A stretch of 64,000 nt of DNA from an uncultured Pseudomonadota bacterium. Lineage in GTDB: Bacteria; Pseudomonadota; Alphaproteobacteria; RF32; CAG-239. This document shows, in pieces, positions 47,751 to 59,538 of this stretch. The stretch spans positions 88,900 to 152,899 of the forward strand of contig CADAAN010000001.1 of NCBI GenBank assembly GCA_902785935.1. The letters run 5' to 3'. Every line of letters begins with the position of its first letter. Within the stretch, counting starts at the first letter, position 1. The notes beneath the pieces are model-generated. The model made no database searches. It worked only from the letters and a program-made list of their open reading frames with translations, and had not been told where the DNA came from. A program made the position numbers and the translations under genes.

Positions 47751-48863
47751 TCAGTTTTTCTTTAAATAAACTTTTTCTTTAATCTCTTTGGCTTTTTTTG
47801 TAACTGCTTTTGCTTTTTGATTCAACTCATCAGCTTTTTGAAGCATTTTTTGCTTTAAAAGCTCTAACTTGCGTTGCTTTTTAATTTCTTTTTGGCGATA
47901 ACCCAAATACCCCTCATACGATAAAAGCGCAATACCCGAAATGACAAGCGGCAACAAATAATAAATGATGCGATAAGCAATCAAAGCCCCATATAAAAGC
48001 GCTTGATTTTCAGCCCCGGGGATGATATTTGCAAACACAAGCTCAAACACACCAAGTCCGCCCGGCACTTGGCTGTATACGCCCAAAATTTGCGCAATGA
48101 TAAACGCGCCGATAAAAACATTAAACTTTATATCCACAAAATGGGTCAACGTAAAATAAAGCACAAGTGACGCCATTAAAATATCAAGACTTCCGATAAC
48201 AATTTGTTCCAGTGCCATTTTAATGGTCGGCATTTTAAATTTAATCCCCTTAATGGTTACCGATTTTTTATAATAAAGTGCCGCCGTCAAATAAAGCCAT
48301 AATCCGATAAATGAGCCGAAAGCCACAACGGCTGTTGTATATTTTGATGCACTGGCCTCTCCAAAAGCATGCCCAGGTGTGATAAAATACCCGACAATAA
48401 TTAAAAAAAAGCACGCTACCAAATATGTAAAGCCGGAAAACGTAATCATTTTAACAATCTGATCAGCTTTGATACGCCAACGTGTATAAAGTCTGTAACG
48501 TATCGCGCCTCCAGAAACAATCGCGTGTCCGGCATTGTTACTGACACTAAAACCGATAAATCCGGCAAAAATCCACTTCCACGTATCAACTTTTTTCTTG
48601 ATATACTTTAAGGCCAAATAATCATATGATGACAAAGCCACATATCCGAAAAACGAGGCAATAGAGGCATAAATCAAATTTTTTGCCGGTATGCTTAAAA
48701 GCGCATTTTTGATGTCATCTAAATCATATTTTGAAAGCTGGCGATAAATCATGTACGCGGCTAAAGCAAAAAAGAAAAGTCCTGCCCATGAAATGATTTT
48801 TTTCAATACTTTTTTTGTTTTACGCGCAATGCCATGCGCATGCTTTGTGTCTTTAGTCAGCAT
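47751..48863 (-). CDS. integral membrane protein (UPF0104 / lysylphosphatidylglycerol-synthase-type TM domain family)
   Basis: Eight or more predicted TM helices; basic C-terminal tail; start placed at the internal Met to avoid overlap with the Sel1 gene. Confidence 0.5.
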   Translation of the reverse strand: MLTKDTKHAHGIARKTKKVLKKIISWAGLFFFALAAYMIYRQLSKYDLDDIKNALLSIPAKNLIYASIASFFGYVALSSYDYLALKYIKKKVDTWKWIFAGFIGFSVSNNAGHAIVSGGAIRYRLYTRWRIKADQIVKMITFSGFTYLVACFFLIIVGYFITPGHAFGEASASKYTTAVVAFGSFIGLWLYLTAALYYKKSVTIKGIKFKMPTIKMALEQIVIGSLDILMASLVLYFTLTHFVDIKFNVFIGAFIIAQILGVYSQVPGGLGVFELVFANIIPGAENQALLYGALIAYRIIYYLLPLVISGIALLSYEGYLGYRQKEIKKQRKLELLKQKMLQKADELNQKAKAVTKKAKEIKEKVYLKKN

Positions 48864-50046
48864 GGGTCCCCCTTTGTTTTTGTAAATTGCCGTCGATATA
48901 GCGCCTGATATTTTTACCAAAAGTTTGACGAATATATATGGTCAGTTCAGAAGGTTTTTCCTTGTATTTTTCAGCCGCACTTTGCGCTTCCAATAAATCT
49001 TCAATCTTCAAGGCTCCTTCAAGTGCATCGCGTTTTTGCGCCGCTTCCTGAGAACCGTAAACCGATGCCACGTTATAAGAAATATGTGCCTGCATCAGAT
49101 TTTGAGGAAACATCCTGCCTTCAGTCAAAATATCTGCCAAATGCATCATCGCTTCAACATTGCCCTGTGCGCCTGCCGCACGATAAAGTCCGACCGCATT
49201 GCCATAGTTTTTGGCAATACCTTCACCTTTAGCATACATATCCGCCAAAACAAGCTGACCCTCATCAAATTGAGCTTTTGCGGCTTTTTTGATAAGTTCA
49301 ACGGCTTTTCGCTGATCTTGTTGTACCACAAATCCTTTATGATAAGCATAACCCAGCATAAAATTAGCTGTATTATTGTCAGCTCCGGCGGCTTGCTCAA
49401 ACAAATCTATCGCCGGCTTAAAATACTGCGATTTACCGGAAGAAAGATAGATAAAACCTAAATTGACGGCGGCATCATCACTACCGTTTTGAGCCGCTTT
49501 TAAGAAAAGATCGGCAGCTTTTTGATAATCAACATCGGTGCCGATACCGCTGAAATAAAGACTTCCGAGATTGTTTAAGGCGATAATGTTATTTTTTTGA
49601 GCCGCAAGCTCGTAAAAATGGAATGCTTTTTGATAATCTGCCTCAACCCCGTCTTGTCCGTAAAGATACATATATCCTAAAGTCAAAGCCATATTTTCAT
49701 CACCGTTTTCGGCCAAACGCGTGGCGCGTTCAAGTTGTGTTTCTTTTTTCGGTGCAGATGAATCTGAATCTTGATTTATCGCTTGATTATCACCCTTTTC
49801 TTCTATTTTATCACTTGATGAAAAAATCGAAAGTGGTTTTTTGATAAACGAAAAATTCAAAAACGAAAAAATACCGCGGTCATCGGCGACATTTTCATCA
49901 GCTCTTTGCGTTTCATAAGATGCTTCTTTTTGTTGTACCTCATCTGAAACATCATCAACAATCGCACCTGCTAAATCAATACTTTGCGCATAGCCATGAT
50001 AAGCCAAAGTACTTAAAAACAGTATCAAAACAATCTTTTTTATCAT
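48853..50046 (-). CDS. Sel1-repeat (TPR-like) protein, secreted
   Basis: Signal peptide MIKKIVLILFLSTLAYHGYAQS; at least five Sel1 repeats (A...Y..A...G...A...LG..Y..G.GV..D...A). Confidence 0.8.
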   Translation of the reverse strand: MIKKIVLILFLSTLAYHGYAQSIDLAGAIVDDVSDEVQQKEASYETQRADENVADDRGIFSFLNFSFIKKPLSIFSSSDKIEEKGDNQAINQDSDSSAPKKETQLERATRLAENGDENMALTLGYMYLYGQDGVEADYQKAFHFYELAAQKNNIIALNNLGSLYFSGIGTDVDYQKAADLFLKAAQNGSDDAAVNLGFIYLSSGKSQYFKPAIDLFEQAAGADNNTANFMLGYAYHKGFVVQQDQRKAVELIKKAAKAQFDEGQLVLADMYAKGEGIAKNYGNAVGLYRAAGAQGNVEAMMHLADILTEGRMFPQNLMQAHISYNVASVYGSQEAAQKRDALEGALKIEDLLEAQSAAEKYKEKPSELTIYIRQTFGKNIRRYIDGNLQKQRGTHAD

Positions 50047-50144
50047 ATTTTATTCCTCTTTATGCGAGATAATAAAATACTTTATGTTAAAAAAGTATGA
50101 CTTTCAAGGCAAAATAATCAAAAATTTACGCAATGATGCAAATT

Positions 50145-50366
50145 TTAACGATATCTTATCTTAACCGAATTGACTTTACCTGCTACGGCATTCGCCTCAT
50201 CGATAGTATAGATGCGCTTGCCTTCAAAACCGAGGATATCGCCACTTGCATTTTTTATCGTTGTGCTACCATCCGCATTTGTCGATTCGCTATAAGCGTA
50301 TGAATTTTGTGAGCTTATTTCTGTTGAGTATTTGCCGCCGGAGAAACGGTAGTAAACACCAGACAA
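50145..50366 (-). pseudogene. remnant carrying the KIRYR tail of the LRR family
   Basis: 73-aa ORF with no signal peptide, ending GKRIYTIDEANAVAGKVNSVKIRYR. Confidence 0.45.
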
Positions 50367-50531
50367 CCGGTCACCATCTTTGTCATAAGTATATACCGAA
50401 CTTGGATTTTGTTGACAGATGCTGTTGGAACAACTGTAATATGTTTCTGTTCATTCAAATCTTGTCAAGCAAAAAAATCCTATTAATTTTCGGATGTTTT
50501 AAATTTGTTTAAAAAAAATAAATATTTTCTC

Positions 50532-50559
50532 TTGACAGATGAAAAAAGTTATGTATATT
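50532..50559 (+). promoter_or_regulatory. sigma70-type promoter for rplU-rpmA (TTGACA-16-TATATT)
   Basis: Consensus -35 and near-consensus -10 about 45 nt upstream of the rplU ATG. Confidence 0.55.
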
Positions 50560-50602
50560 GCAAAACACGTTTAATTTAAATTTAGAAAGTTTAGGTGAAA
50601 AA

Positions 50603-50914
50603 ATGTTCGCAGTTATTAAAACCGGCTCAAAGCAATACAAAGTCGCGGCAGGTGATGTGATTAAGGTTGAAAAACTTAGCGCAGCAGAAGGTTCTGAAGT
50701 GATTTTTGATGAAGTATTGGCTTTGGATGAAAAAATCGGCAAGCCTTTCGTTAAAGGTGCCAGCGTCAAAGCTACTGTTTTAAAACAAGCTAAAGACGCA
50801 AAGGTCATTATCTTTAAAAAGAAGAGAAGACAAAATTATCGCCGCAAAAACGGCCACAGACAACAAATTACACTCGTCAAAATTATGGACGTGTGTGCAA
50901 GTAAAGAAGCTTAA
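50603..50914 (+). CDS. rplU: 50S ribosomal protein L21
   Basis: [25 protein letters not shown]; start moved to the ATG at 50603 (103 aa). Confidence 0.9.
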   Translation: MFAVIKTGSKQYKVAAGDVIKVEKLSAAEGSEVIFDEVLALDEKIGKPFVKGASVKATVLKQAKDAKVIIFKKKRRQNYRRKNGHRQQITLVKIMDVCASKEA

Positions 50915-50931
50915 AGTATAGGAGACACACG

Positions 50932-51183
50932 ATGGCACATAAGAAATCAGGCGGTAGCTCTAACAACGGACGTGATTCTATCGGACGTCGCTTGGGTGTT
51001 AAAAAATTCGGCGGTGAAGCCGTTATCCCCGGCAACATCATTATCCGTCAACGCGGCACAAAGTATCATCCGGGTGCTAATGTTGATATGGGTAAAGATC
51101 ACACAATTTTTGCCGTTGCTGAAGGCAAAGTTGCTTTCAAAGAGCAAGGTGATAAAATGTTCGTTTCCGTTGTGACGGAATAG
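50932..51183 (+). CDS. rpmA: 50S ribosomal protein L27
   Basis: [25 protein letters not shown] typical L27 N-terminus. Confidence 0.9.
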   Translation: MAHKKSGGSSNNGRDSIGRRLGVKKFGGEAVIPGNIIIRQRGTKYHPGANVDMGKDHTIFAVAEGKVAFKEQGDKMFVSVVTE

Positions 51184-51221
51184 AGCATTGCTTTAAGGTC
51201 AAATTTAAAGGCGGGGTATAA

Positions 51222-52328
<1,107 letters not shown>

Positions 52329-52344
52329 TAAAAGGAGAAAAATT

Positions 52345-52686
52345 TTGAAAAAAGACGATAATGAAATCTTAAATTTAATCACAAAGATTTTGGATGACAA
52401 TAAAGCAGAAAATGTTGTTGTGATTGATTTAGAGGGCAAAACATCTATTGCCAATCAAATGGTTGTGGCATCAGGAAATTCCAACCGTCACGTGGCGGCG
52501 ATCGCTGATAAAATTTTAGAGGCTTTGAAAAAAGCCGGTTTTAAGGCAACGTCTGAAGGCACCGAAAAAGCAGATTGGGTGTTAATTGATGCTTTTGATG
52601 TGATTGTGCATATCTTCCGCCCCGAAGTGCGAGAGTTTTATAATTTAGAAAAAATGTGGCAGGCGATTGCCGAAAAAAGAAAATAA
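52345..52686 (+). CDS. rsfS: ribosomal silencing factor RsfS (Iojap)
   Basis: 113 aa, conserved VIDL.G....ADY.VI.SG.S.RH core. Confidence 0.85.
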   Translation: MKKDDNEILNLITKILDDNKAENVVVIDLEGKTSIANQMVVASGNSNRHVAAIADKILEALKKAGFKATSEGTEKADWVLIDAFDVIVHIFRPEVREFYNLEKMWQAIAEKRK

Positions 52687-52846
52687 TTTTTTTAAGATAC
52701 AATGCATTGGCGGATGAATAAAAATTTTCACCCGCCATATTTTGTACTCAAAAAGACTGAAAATAAAAGCATCATTTAATGATATTTTCAGGTCAAACAA
52801 ATACTTTTTCGATTCGCTATCGATAAAAGTTTGCAAGGCTCAATAC

Positions 52847-55800
52847 TTAAAATGCATACTTGAGGCCGATATCGGCTTTGGTGTTGTACTCGCTGTCAAT
52901 ATATGAAAAGATGTTTGCATAAATGGAGAGCTCTTTGACGTTGTATTCAAAGCTGTTTTTCAGCATGAAATAGTCCTTGCGGCGTCTTTCATCTTTAAGC
53001 AGATAAGCGCCTTCCATTTCACGCATTGAAACCTTTAAGTGATAAGGATCGCCAAATTCGTGATACATCATTAAAGTTGCGTTCATTTTGAGATTATCGT
53101 TGTTCTTTAAATCAAACTTTTTACCGATATTGACTCCGATACCGCTTTCAAGCGAAAAGGTATTTTGCTTTTTAATGCTCAGGGCAAAAGTTTTATTGTC
53201 CTCGCGGCCCTTGATTTGAGCCATGCTTGTATTAAGCGCAAATGTCGGTGAAACGTACCATCCGTCATTTTTGATAAGATAGCGTACCTCATTTGAAAAA
53301 CCGAAGGTTTGTTTTTCGATATGTCCGTCAAAACTTTGCTTGGCAAAACCGTCTCGCGTGTAGGTTCCGTAAGCATAGCCGATATGCGGCATGGATAAAA
53401 TCTCAAATCCGTCCTTTTCATACCCCAAAGGCATCATCATTTGAAAGTTTTCATCTTTTCGGGCAGGCTTAGAGGCATCGCGTTTTTGACGGCGTGTCGT
53501 TAAAGAAAGGCCTATGCCGAAGGTTTTGCCGTTTTCTTTTTTGCCGCTTAACATCCATGTTGAACGCGCATCTGATGTGTCTTTTAAGTAAAAAGGCTTT
53601 GTGTCACCCGTTAAAGCAAAATCAGACTTTGTATTGGCAAAAAACGCATCGCTGATATCAAAATTTAAGGTCTTTAAGGCCATCATATCGTCAAATGCAA
53701 AATCTTTTAAGCTGTCGCCCGTCAAATCATTCAGAGCGTTTTCAATGCCGCTGACATTTGTTTGCGATTTTAAGAGGCCGTAAAAAGCCTCATTGTTTTT
53801 TAAGGTATAGTTCTCTTCCAAAAAGTCGGCAAGAGAAGCGTTGTCCGTCAAATCAGAAAAAGCTTTTTTGCTCAATACGACATCGTTGCCGTTAAGCGAA
53901 GCGTCAAATAATGCCGATTCCGAGCTTAAATGAAGTGCGCTTGCGTCATCGGCATTAATTGCATTTTCAAGCGTATATGTTTGATTAAATCCGTTTTGAA
54001 CCGCATCTGTACCGATATTTAAGTTACCGGAAATACTGCCTTGAGCTGTAAAGCGGCCGGTTGATGTAAGTTTTACCCCGCCGGAACCTAAATTAAGTGA
54101 GCTTAAAGAAACGATGTTGCCGTCGTTAACGAGTGTTGCGCCGCTTTCAAGATAAATCGCTTTATCACCAAAAGGTGTCGTGCATCCTGAAGACGTGCAA
54201 TAAGTGCTGTAATTTGTACTGTTAAGCGCACTGTTGTTGATTGAAATAACAAACGTATCTTTAATGGTAACAACCGCGTTGTTTTTTGCCCAAATGCCAT
54301 ACGTTGTGACACCATCTTGTCCATAAACATCAATACGTCCCGAATTTGTGACGCTTCCGCCGTCACTGTATATGCCGCAGGCAATACCCGATGAGCCCGT
54401 GTTTTTGACATAAACGGATTTATCCGGAAATGTGGCTGAATTTGTGACATTGCCGCCGACATTATAAATGCCATAAACATTGCCGTCATAAGTTGTGGCT
54501 AAAATCGAAGACGTGTTATCGATTGCTGAATTGCCGCTTGCATAAATGCCGTAAGCGTCACCTTTTGTTGTTGAAACAATTAAAGCACCGCTCGATGTCC
54601 CCCAAGAATTTGTAAATGTAGCGTCCTTGATGTAAGCTCCGTAAACATCATTTCCGTTGCTTTGAATCATTATTTGTCCGCCGTTTGAAATTGTACCCCC
54701 GTTTAGTGCGTGAATGCCGTATGCTTTGGCATTTGTTGATGTCACGTCAAGATAATTTGAGGAGATTAAAGAACCGTTTGAGGCGCTGAAAATACCATAA
54801 GCGTTGCCGTTAACCGATTCGACCGATGACGGATATGACAAGGTCACATCACCCTCAGCATAAAATCCGTAAGCATCTCCTGACGCCGCTTTGGCCGATA
54901 AAAGCGCTCCGCTTACAACAGAACCCTTTGAATAAAGCCCGTAAACACTGCCGCTGCCTGTACTTTTGGCTATAACGGAAGATGTTAATGTGGCAAGAGT
55001 GTGTGTTATGTTATCAGTGTCAGTATAGGATTGCGAGCTGTTTTCATTATAAATTGTGCCTGATGTTGCTCCGTTATATATGCCGTACACATCGCCGCTG
55101 CCGGCATTTGAAACATTAACAACACTATCCATAAAAAGTGAAGAATAAACATTTTTTGAACTATCTTCATCATCTTCATAATATCCGGCCGTACCATCAA
55201 AATAAGTATTGTAAATGTTGCCGTTGCCGTAAATACCATATACTTTTCCGTCGCCGTTTGAGGTGATTGAAACAGAAGCGTCTAAAGTGCCTTGAACAAT
55301 ACCGTTTTCAAGATAGATATAGTTGTTATAAATATCCGTTGCTGTTGCGGAATACATACCGTAAACATTACCGCTGCCGTTTTTTATAGCCTTGATTGTT
55401 GAAGTTTTTGAGCCGATGCTATGCAAAGGTGTGTCATCTCCAACGATGGATGTCGCACCCTCATCCGTTAAGTATTTGTAGGTATTAACAAATGTTGTTT
55501 GGTCGAGATTTGGCGCACGCTCGCCGTAAGTGTCTTCTGCATCATAAAACAAACCAAAAACATTTTGGTATGTTGTGCTGTTTAAGGATATATTGCCCGT
55601 TTGGTTATAGTTTGTATTAACATTGTTACCAAGCATCGGAGCACTTTGAATAACACATTCGCCGATTGCATTGTATCCGTAACCTGAAGCGCAGGCGCCG
55701 CAATTTGTGCCGGTGTATCCCTCATCGCACTTGCAAACAGCACCGATTTGTACGCCGTGACCGCAATCGTCAATTGTTTTGTAACAATCAGGTGTGCCGT

Positions 55801-56401
55801 AATGTCCGTAGCCCGAAGCACAATCATTACACTTATCGCCGGCATAACCTGTGTAACACGTGCAAACGCCTGAATCATTGTAATACCCGTGGACACAGTT
55901 CGGATCTGTGGAACTCCCGCCGCCACCGCCACCACCGCCGGAAACAGCTAAAGCCGTACCTCCGGCAACAGCGGCAATGCCTGCTCCGATTAAAGCTTTT
56001 GTCTTCCAGCTCATGGCGGGTTTGCCATATTTAGCCATGGCTGCCGTATCTTGATTTTTAACCGGATTTGACACGACCGATTGCATAAAATCACGATAAC
56101 CATTGATTTCCCAAGTGCATTCGTGTGAAGGGTTGGCACCCGCCATTAAAAATGTTTTATACGCGCGTCTATTCCCCCTTTTGGCAGCAACGCACAAACC
56201 AGTATCACCATTTGCATTGACAGAATCAATATACATCCCGCGACTGACGGCATTTGTAATGACATCGACATTTCCGGCAGCCGCATAGGCATAAAGCCGC
56301 TCAAAGCTTTCGGGAGATAAACGTGGAATATAGGCAAAAGCCTTTGATGTCATCAGACATAAAAAGCCGGTTAAGACAAAACAAAAGCGCTTCAATCTCA
56401 T
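52847..56401 (-). CDS. giant surface protein paralog: signal peptide, ankyrin repeats, Gly/Ala-rich hydrophobic segment, EGF-like Cys-rich region, G.G.VYG passenger repeats, autotransporter-type beta-barrel
   Basis: 1184 aa. Signal peptide MRLKRFCFVLTGFLCLMTSKAFA, ankyrin-like GDTGLCVAAKRGNRRAYKTFLMAGANP, hydrophobic/G8 segment ALIGAGIAAVAGGTALAVSGGGGGGGGSS, Cys-rich C.C..GY.G..C..C region. C-terminal ~280 aa barrel ending ...GLKYAF. Same architecture as the 21950-26125 product. Confidence 0.8.
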   Translation of the reverse strand: MRLKRFCFVLTGFLCLMTSKAFAYIPRLSPESFERLYAYAAAGNVDVITNAVSRGMYIDSVNANGDTGLCVAAKRGNRRAYKTFLMAGANPSHECTWEINGYRDFMQSVVSNPVKNQDTAAMAKYGKPAMSWKTKALIGAGIAAVAGGTALAVSGGGGGGGGSSTDPNCVHGYYNDSGVCTCYTGYAGDKCNDCASGYGHYGTPDCYKTIDDCGHGVQIGAVCKCDEGYTGTNCGACASGYGYNAIGECVIQSAPMLGNNVNTNYNQTGNISLNSTTYQNVFGLFYDAEDTYGERAPNLDQTTFVNTYKYLTDEGATSIVGDDTPLHSIGSKTSTIKAIKNGSGNVYGMYSATATDIYNNYIYLENGIVQGTLDASVSITSNGDGKVYGIYGNGNIYNTYFDGTAGYYEDDEDSSKNVYSSLFMDSVVNVSNAGSGDVYGIYNGATSGTIYNENSSQSYTDTDNITHTLATLTSSVIAKSTGSGSVYGLYSKGSVVSGALLSAKAASGDAYGFYAEGDVTLSYPSSVESVNGNAYGIFSASNGSLISSNYLDVTSTNAKAYGIHALNGGTISNGGQIMIQSNGNDVYGAYIKDATFTNSWGTSSGALIVSTTKGDAYGIYASGNSAIDNTSSILATTYDGNVYGIYNVGGNVTNSATFPDKSVYVKNTGSSGIACGIYSDGGSVTNSGRIDVYGQDGVTTYGIWAKNNAVVTIKDTFVISINNSALNSTNYSTYCTSSGCTTPFGDKAIYLESGATLVNDGNIVSLSSLNLGSGGVKLTSTGRFTAQGSISGNLNIGTDAVQNGFNQTYTLENAINADDASALHLSSESALFDASLNGNDVVLSKKAFSDLTDNASLADFLEENYTLKNNEAFYGLLKSQTNVSGIENALNDLTGDSLKDFAFDDMMALKTLNFDISDAFFANTKSDFALTGDTKPFYLKDTSDARSTWMLSGKKENGKTFGIGLSLTTRRQKRDASKPARKDENFQMMMPLGYEKDGFEILSMPHIGYAYGTYTRDGFAKQSFDGHIEKQTFGFSNEVRYLIKNDGWYVSPTFALNTSMAQIKGREDNKTFALSIKKQNTFSLESGIGVNIGKKFDLKNNDNLKMNATLMMYHEFGDPYHLKVSMREMEGAYLLKDERRRKDYFMLKNSFEYNVKELSIYANIFSYIDSEYNTKADIGLKYAF

Positions 56402-56494
56402 TTTTTGTTCCGATTTTTGGTTACAATTGGTGCTGATTATAAAGCGCTATTTGTAAATTTTGCGTTAAAAACAGATGACTTTAAGGGCTTAAAA

Positions 56495-57367
56495 TTATCT
56501 GTATCTGATGCTGACGCGATTTGTTTTGCCCGCAACTTGATTTGCCTCATCGATGGTATAGATACGCTTTTCTGTTCGGCTCCCGAAATGTGCCGCAATA
56601 TTGCCTTTAGCGTCTAAAACGTATTGCACCCCGTTGATTTCTTTTGTTGTTGCTTTCATAGATTTTAATTCGGGATATCCTGCGTCGTCTAAATTTTTAT
56701 CGCATTTATCCGTATCCCCGATGCAATAAATTTTTATCCTTGATGTATCCGTTAAGGGCTCCCCCTCAACCTCCGGTTTAAATATCGCTCCGAATTTTGT
56801 ATCTTCACCGATTGTCAATGTTTCAATCTCACACCAACTTAAAGCCAAATCCGCGATAGAGGTCACCGAATTAGGAATAATGATATCCTTAAAAGTTCCG
56901 CCTCTGAAGGCTATATCAATCGTTTCAACAGAATCCGGTATATTTAAGCGGTCAATATGACTCCAGTCAAAAGATGCATATTCCAATTTTTTAACCGTAT
57001 CCGGAATAATGATTTCAGGTGCCGTAATTCCGCGAAAAGCGTAACCGTTAACCGCTTCTAAACCGGAGGGAATCTTAATCGAATTTTGGCTTATCATACC
57101 CGAAAAAGCAGAGTCACCAAGATCTTTGATAGAAGAATCAATTTCAATACCTTTGACTGAGCTTGTTTGATCCTTCCAAGGCGCATTTTTATTATCATAC
57201 CAAGATCCTATATTTCCTTTGCCATTTGTTCCACGAATAGACAATATGCCATTTTCAATTTGCCACTCGCAATTTGCCGTATTACCATTGGCGTCTGTGC
57301 CGCAAGCTTCCCATGCATTGGCATTAAAACTTAAAACCAAACCCAAAACAAAAATCCATTTTTTCAT
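56495..57367 (-). CDS. secreted BspA-type LRR protein with KIRYR C-terminal tail
   Basis: Start at MKKWIFVLGLVLSFNANA (signal peptide); LRR motifs (IKDLGDSAFSG...IPSGLEAVNGYAFRG...IPDTVKKLEYASFD...IPDSVETID); C-terminus KRIYTIDEANQVAGKTNRVSIRYR. Confidence 0.8.
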   Translation of the reverse strand: MKKWIFVLGLVLSFNANAWEACGTDANGNTANCEWQIENGILSIRGTNGKGNIGSWYDNKNAPWKDQTSSVKGIEIDSSIKDLGDSAFSGMISQNSIKIPSGLEAVNGYAFRGITAPEIIIPDTVKKLEYASFDWSHIDRLNIPDSVETIDIAFRGGTFKDIIIPNSVTSIADLALSWCEIETLTIGEDTKFGAIFKPEVEGEPLTDTSRIKIYCIGDTDKCDKNLDDAGYPELKSMKATTKEINGVQYVLDAKGNIAAHFGSRTEKRIYTIDEANQVAGKTNRVSIRYR

Positions 57368-57627
57368 ACCATTTCTCCAAATTCTTGTTAAAATCATTAA
57401 AAAAGTCGCACCTTAAAAGAGCGACGGGGAATGCGAAAATCATAGTATCTGAAATGACTTCCGAGGCCTTTAGATGGAATATCTTGAACATTCGCCACGG
57501 ATTCCCCGACTTTTTCGGGGATAAATGTTGGTTTAAAATAAAAAAACAACACTACAAAAACAGTGTTATCCTTCACTGCAGACACTAAGGCCTTCGCAAG
57601 CCCCGTACCCTATCAGGGTACTCAACA
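57368..57627 (-). promoter_or_regulatory. conserved structured 5' leader (copy 2) with terminator-like hairpin just upstream of the RBS of the LRR gene
   Basis: Reverse complement aligns to 31708-31959 over its full length, including the terminal gtcgc-tcttttaaggt-gcgac hairpin plus T6 ending ~25 nt before the ATG; a TTGACA lies ~50 nt upstream on the minus strand. Confidence 0.5.
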
Positions 57628-57765
57628 GAAAAATATTCTTCCTGTTTGAAAGTTATTGTGGCACATTTTAAGATAAATGTCAAAGAAAAATTTTTTTGAG
57701 TTGATAATGGTTTTCAAATGCGCTATATAAGAAGAAAAACAAGAAAAATTGAGGGAATTATAACC

Positions 57766-58404
57766 ATGTCGGCTTATTTGGATTTAATTTTTTTGAGCAT
57801 CGTTGTTGTGCTGATTTTTATGCGCTTGAACAATGTTCTTGGCAAAAAAACACAAATGCAGATCAAAATATTAAACAGACAGGATTTTGAAAAATTTTAT
57901 CAAACCATTCGTGATGAATTTGAAGCAAATGAAAAAATCAACGGCGCCGATGTTGTTACAAATGCTTCGGCAAATGTGTTGGAACAAATTCCTGATTTTG
58001 ATAAGGCGGATTTTTTGTCACGCGCAGCCAAAGCTTTTGAAATGGTTTTAACGGCATTTGCGGCGCGGGATAAATCTACGCTTGAAATGCTTGTGGCTCC
58101 AAAACTTTATCAAAAATTTTGCGATATTATTGCTGAGCGTGAAGCTGAAAATATTACGGCAGAAACGGATTTAATCCGGATTGAAGAACTAACCATCAAA
58201 GATGCTAAGATTTCAGCCAAAGGTGTGGCAAAAATCGTCGTTGAGTTTATAACAGATCAAATCAATGTATTAAAAAACAGTGAAGGGGTCGTTATTGAGG
58301 GTGATGAAAATTTTGTTCAAAAAATTACGGATATGTGGACATTTGAAAGAGATCTTCATCAAAAATCTCCCGTATGGCTTTTAACTTCAACAAAGAAAAA
58401 ATAA
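57766..58404 (+). CDS. Tim44-like domain protein (alphaproteobacterial type)
   Basis: Start at MSAYLDLIFLSIVVVLIFMRL (TM anchor); C-terminal Tim44-like region (KITDMWTFERD). Confidence 0.65.
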   Translation: MSAYLDLIFLSIVVVLIFMRLNNVLGKKTQMQIKILNRQDFEKFYQTIRDEFEANEKINGADVVTNASANVLEQIPDFDKADFLSRAAKAFEMVLTAFAARDKSTLEMLVAPKLYQKFCDIIAEREAENITAETDLIRIEELTIKDAKISAKGVAKIVVEFITDQINVLKNSEGVVIEGDENFVQKITDMWTFERDLHQKSPVWLLTSTKKK

Positions 58405-59537
58405 TGAAAAAAATCGGACTTTTGTTTTTTGCGGTACTTATCGCCTCTTGCACGCTCAAAAATAGCGAAAAAGATACCGGCGGCATCAGGCTTGAAAAAG
58501 CATCTTTTTCTGCGCTCAAAGGGTTTGAAAGCGATGATTTTGATGAGATAAAAAAGGCTTTTGCCTTAAATTGCACGGTTATTGAAAAAAAGCCGGATAT
58601 TTTAAGCCGCGGTCAAATCAAAATCAATAAAGACGCTTATCTTGATGTTTGCAGACGTTATAAAGCGGCCGATTTTTCAAAAAAATCGGATTTTAAGGCT
58701 TTTATTAAAGATAATTTTGAACCTTTTCTTGTGACTTATAACGGTTCGGACATCGGTAAATTTACCTCGTATTATGAAGCAGAACTACGGGCATCCGAAA
58801 AAAAACACGGCAAATATCAATACCCGATATACGGCAAGCCCAAAGATTTGGTTGAAATCAACTTAAAAGATTTTGATGAAACTTTACCGAATAAACGGAT
58901 TTTAGGTCGCGTTGAGGGGCAAAAGCTTGTGCCTTATCTGACGCGTGAGCAGATTGAAACAAAAGGTCTTGATGCACCGGTGATATTGTGGGGCGATGAT
59001 AAAGTCGATATTTTTTTGATGCAAATTCAGGGTTCGGCTGTTGCACTTTTGGATGACGGAAGGTCGGTGCGTGTTTCTTATGCCGACAACAACGGACACC
59101 GATTTGTCGGTATCGGCGGGTTGCTCTTAAAAAAAGGATTGTTAAAACCGGGTGAAGTATCGATGGATAAAATCAGCGATTGGCTCAAAAATAATCCTGA
59201 AATTGCAGAAGTGAATATGAACGAAAATCCGCGTTTTATATTTCATCAAATTTCAAATGCAGATGGTCCGCTCGGTGCACTCGGCGTGCCTTTGACGGCG
59301 GGGCGGAGTTTAGCTGTCGATACGGAATTTATACCGCTTGCGAGCCTTATTTGGCTTGAAACGACAGAGCCTTCGGGCAAGCCGCTTGAAAAAATGGTGA
59401 CGGCGCAGGATATCGGTGCTGCCATTAAAGGTGCTGTCAGGGGCGATTATTTTTGGGGACACGGACATCAGGCCTTGCTTGAAGCGGGCAAAATGAATGC
59501 AACCGGCCGCTATTATATTTTGTTGCCGAGGCAATAA
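58404..59537 (+). CDS. mltA: membrane-bound lytic murein transglycosylase A (lipoprotein)
   Basis: Start at MKKIGLLFFAVLIASC (lipobox); MltA-specific and 3D-domain regions. Confidence 0.75.
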   Translation: MKKIGLLFFAVLIASCTLKNSEKDTGGIRLEKASFSALKGFESDDFDEIKKAFALNCTVIEKKPDILSRGQIKINKDAYLDVCRRYKAADFSKKSDFKAFIKDNFEPFLVTYNGSDIGKFTSYYEAELRASEKKHGKYQYPIYGKPKDLVEINLKDFDETLPNKRILGRVEGQKLVPYLTREQIETKGLDAPVILWGDDKVDIFLMQIQGSAVALLDDGRSVRVSYADNNGHRFVGIGGLLLKKGLLKPGEVSMDKISDWLKNNPEIAEVNMNENPRFIFHQISNADGPLGALGVPLTAGRSLAVDTEFIPLASLIWLETTEPSGKPLEKMVTAQDIGAAIKGAVRGDYFWGHGHQALLEAGKMNATGRYYILLPRQ

Positions 59538-59538
59538 A

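Noticed and set aside
57397-57585. 62-aa minus-strand ORF upstream of the LRR gene
   Set aside because: It spans the conserved structured leader and its terminator hairpin. Leader conservation with the 31.7-kb copy is at the RNA-structure level and the peptide is not conserved.
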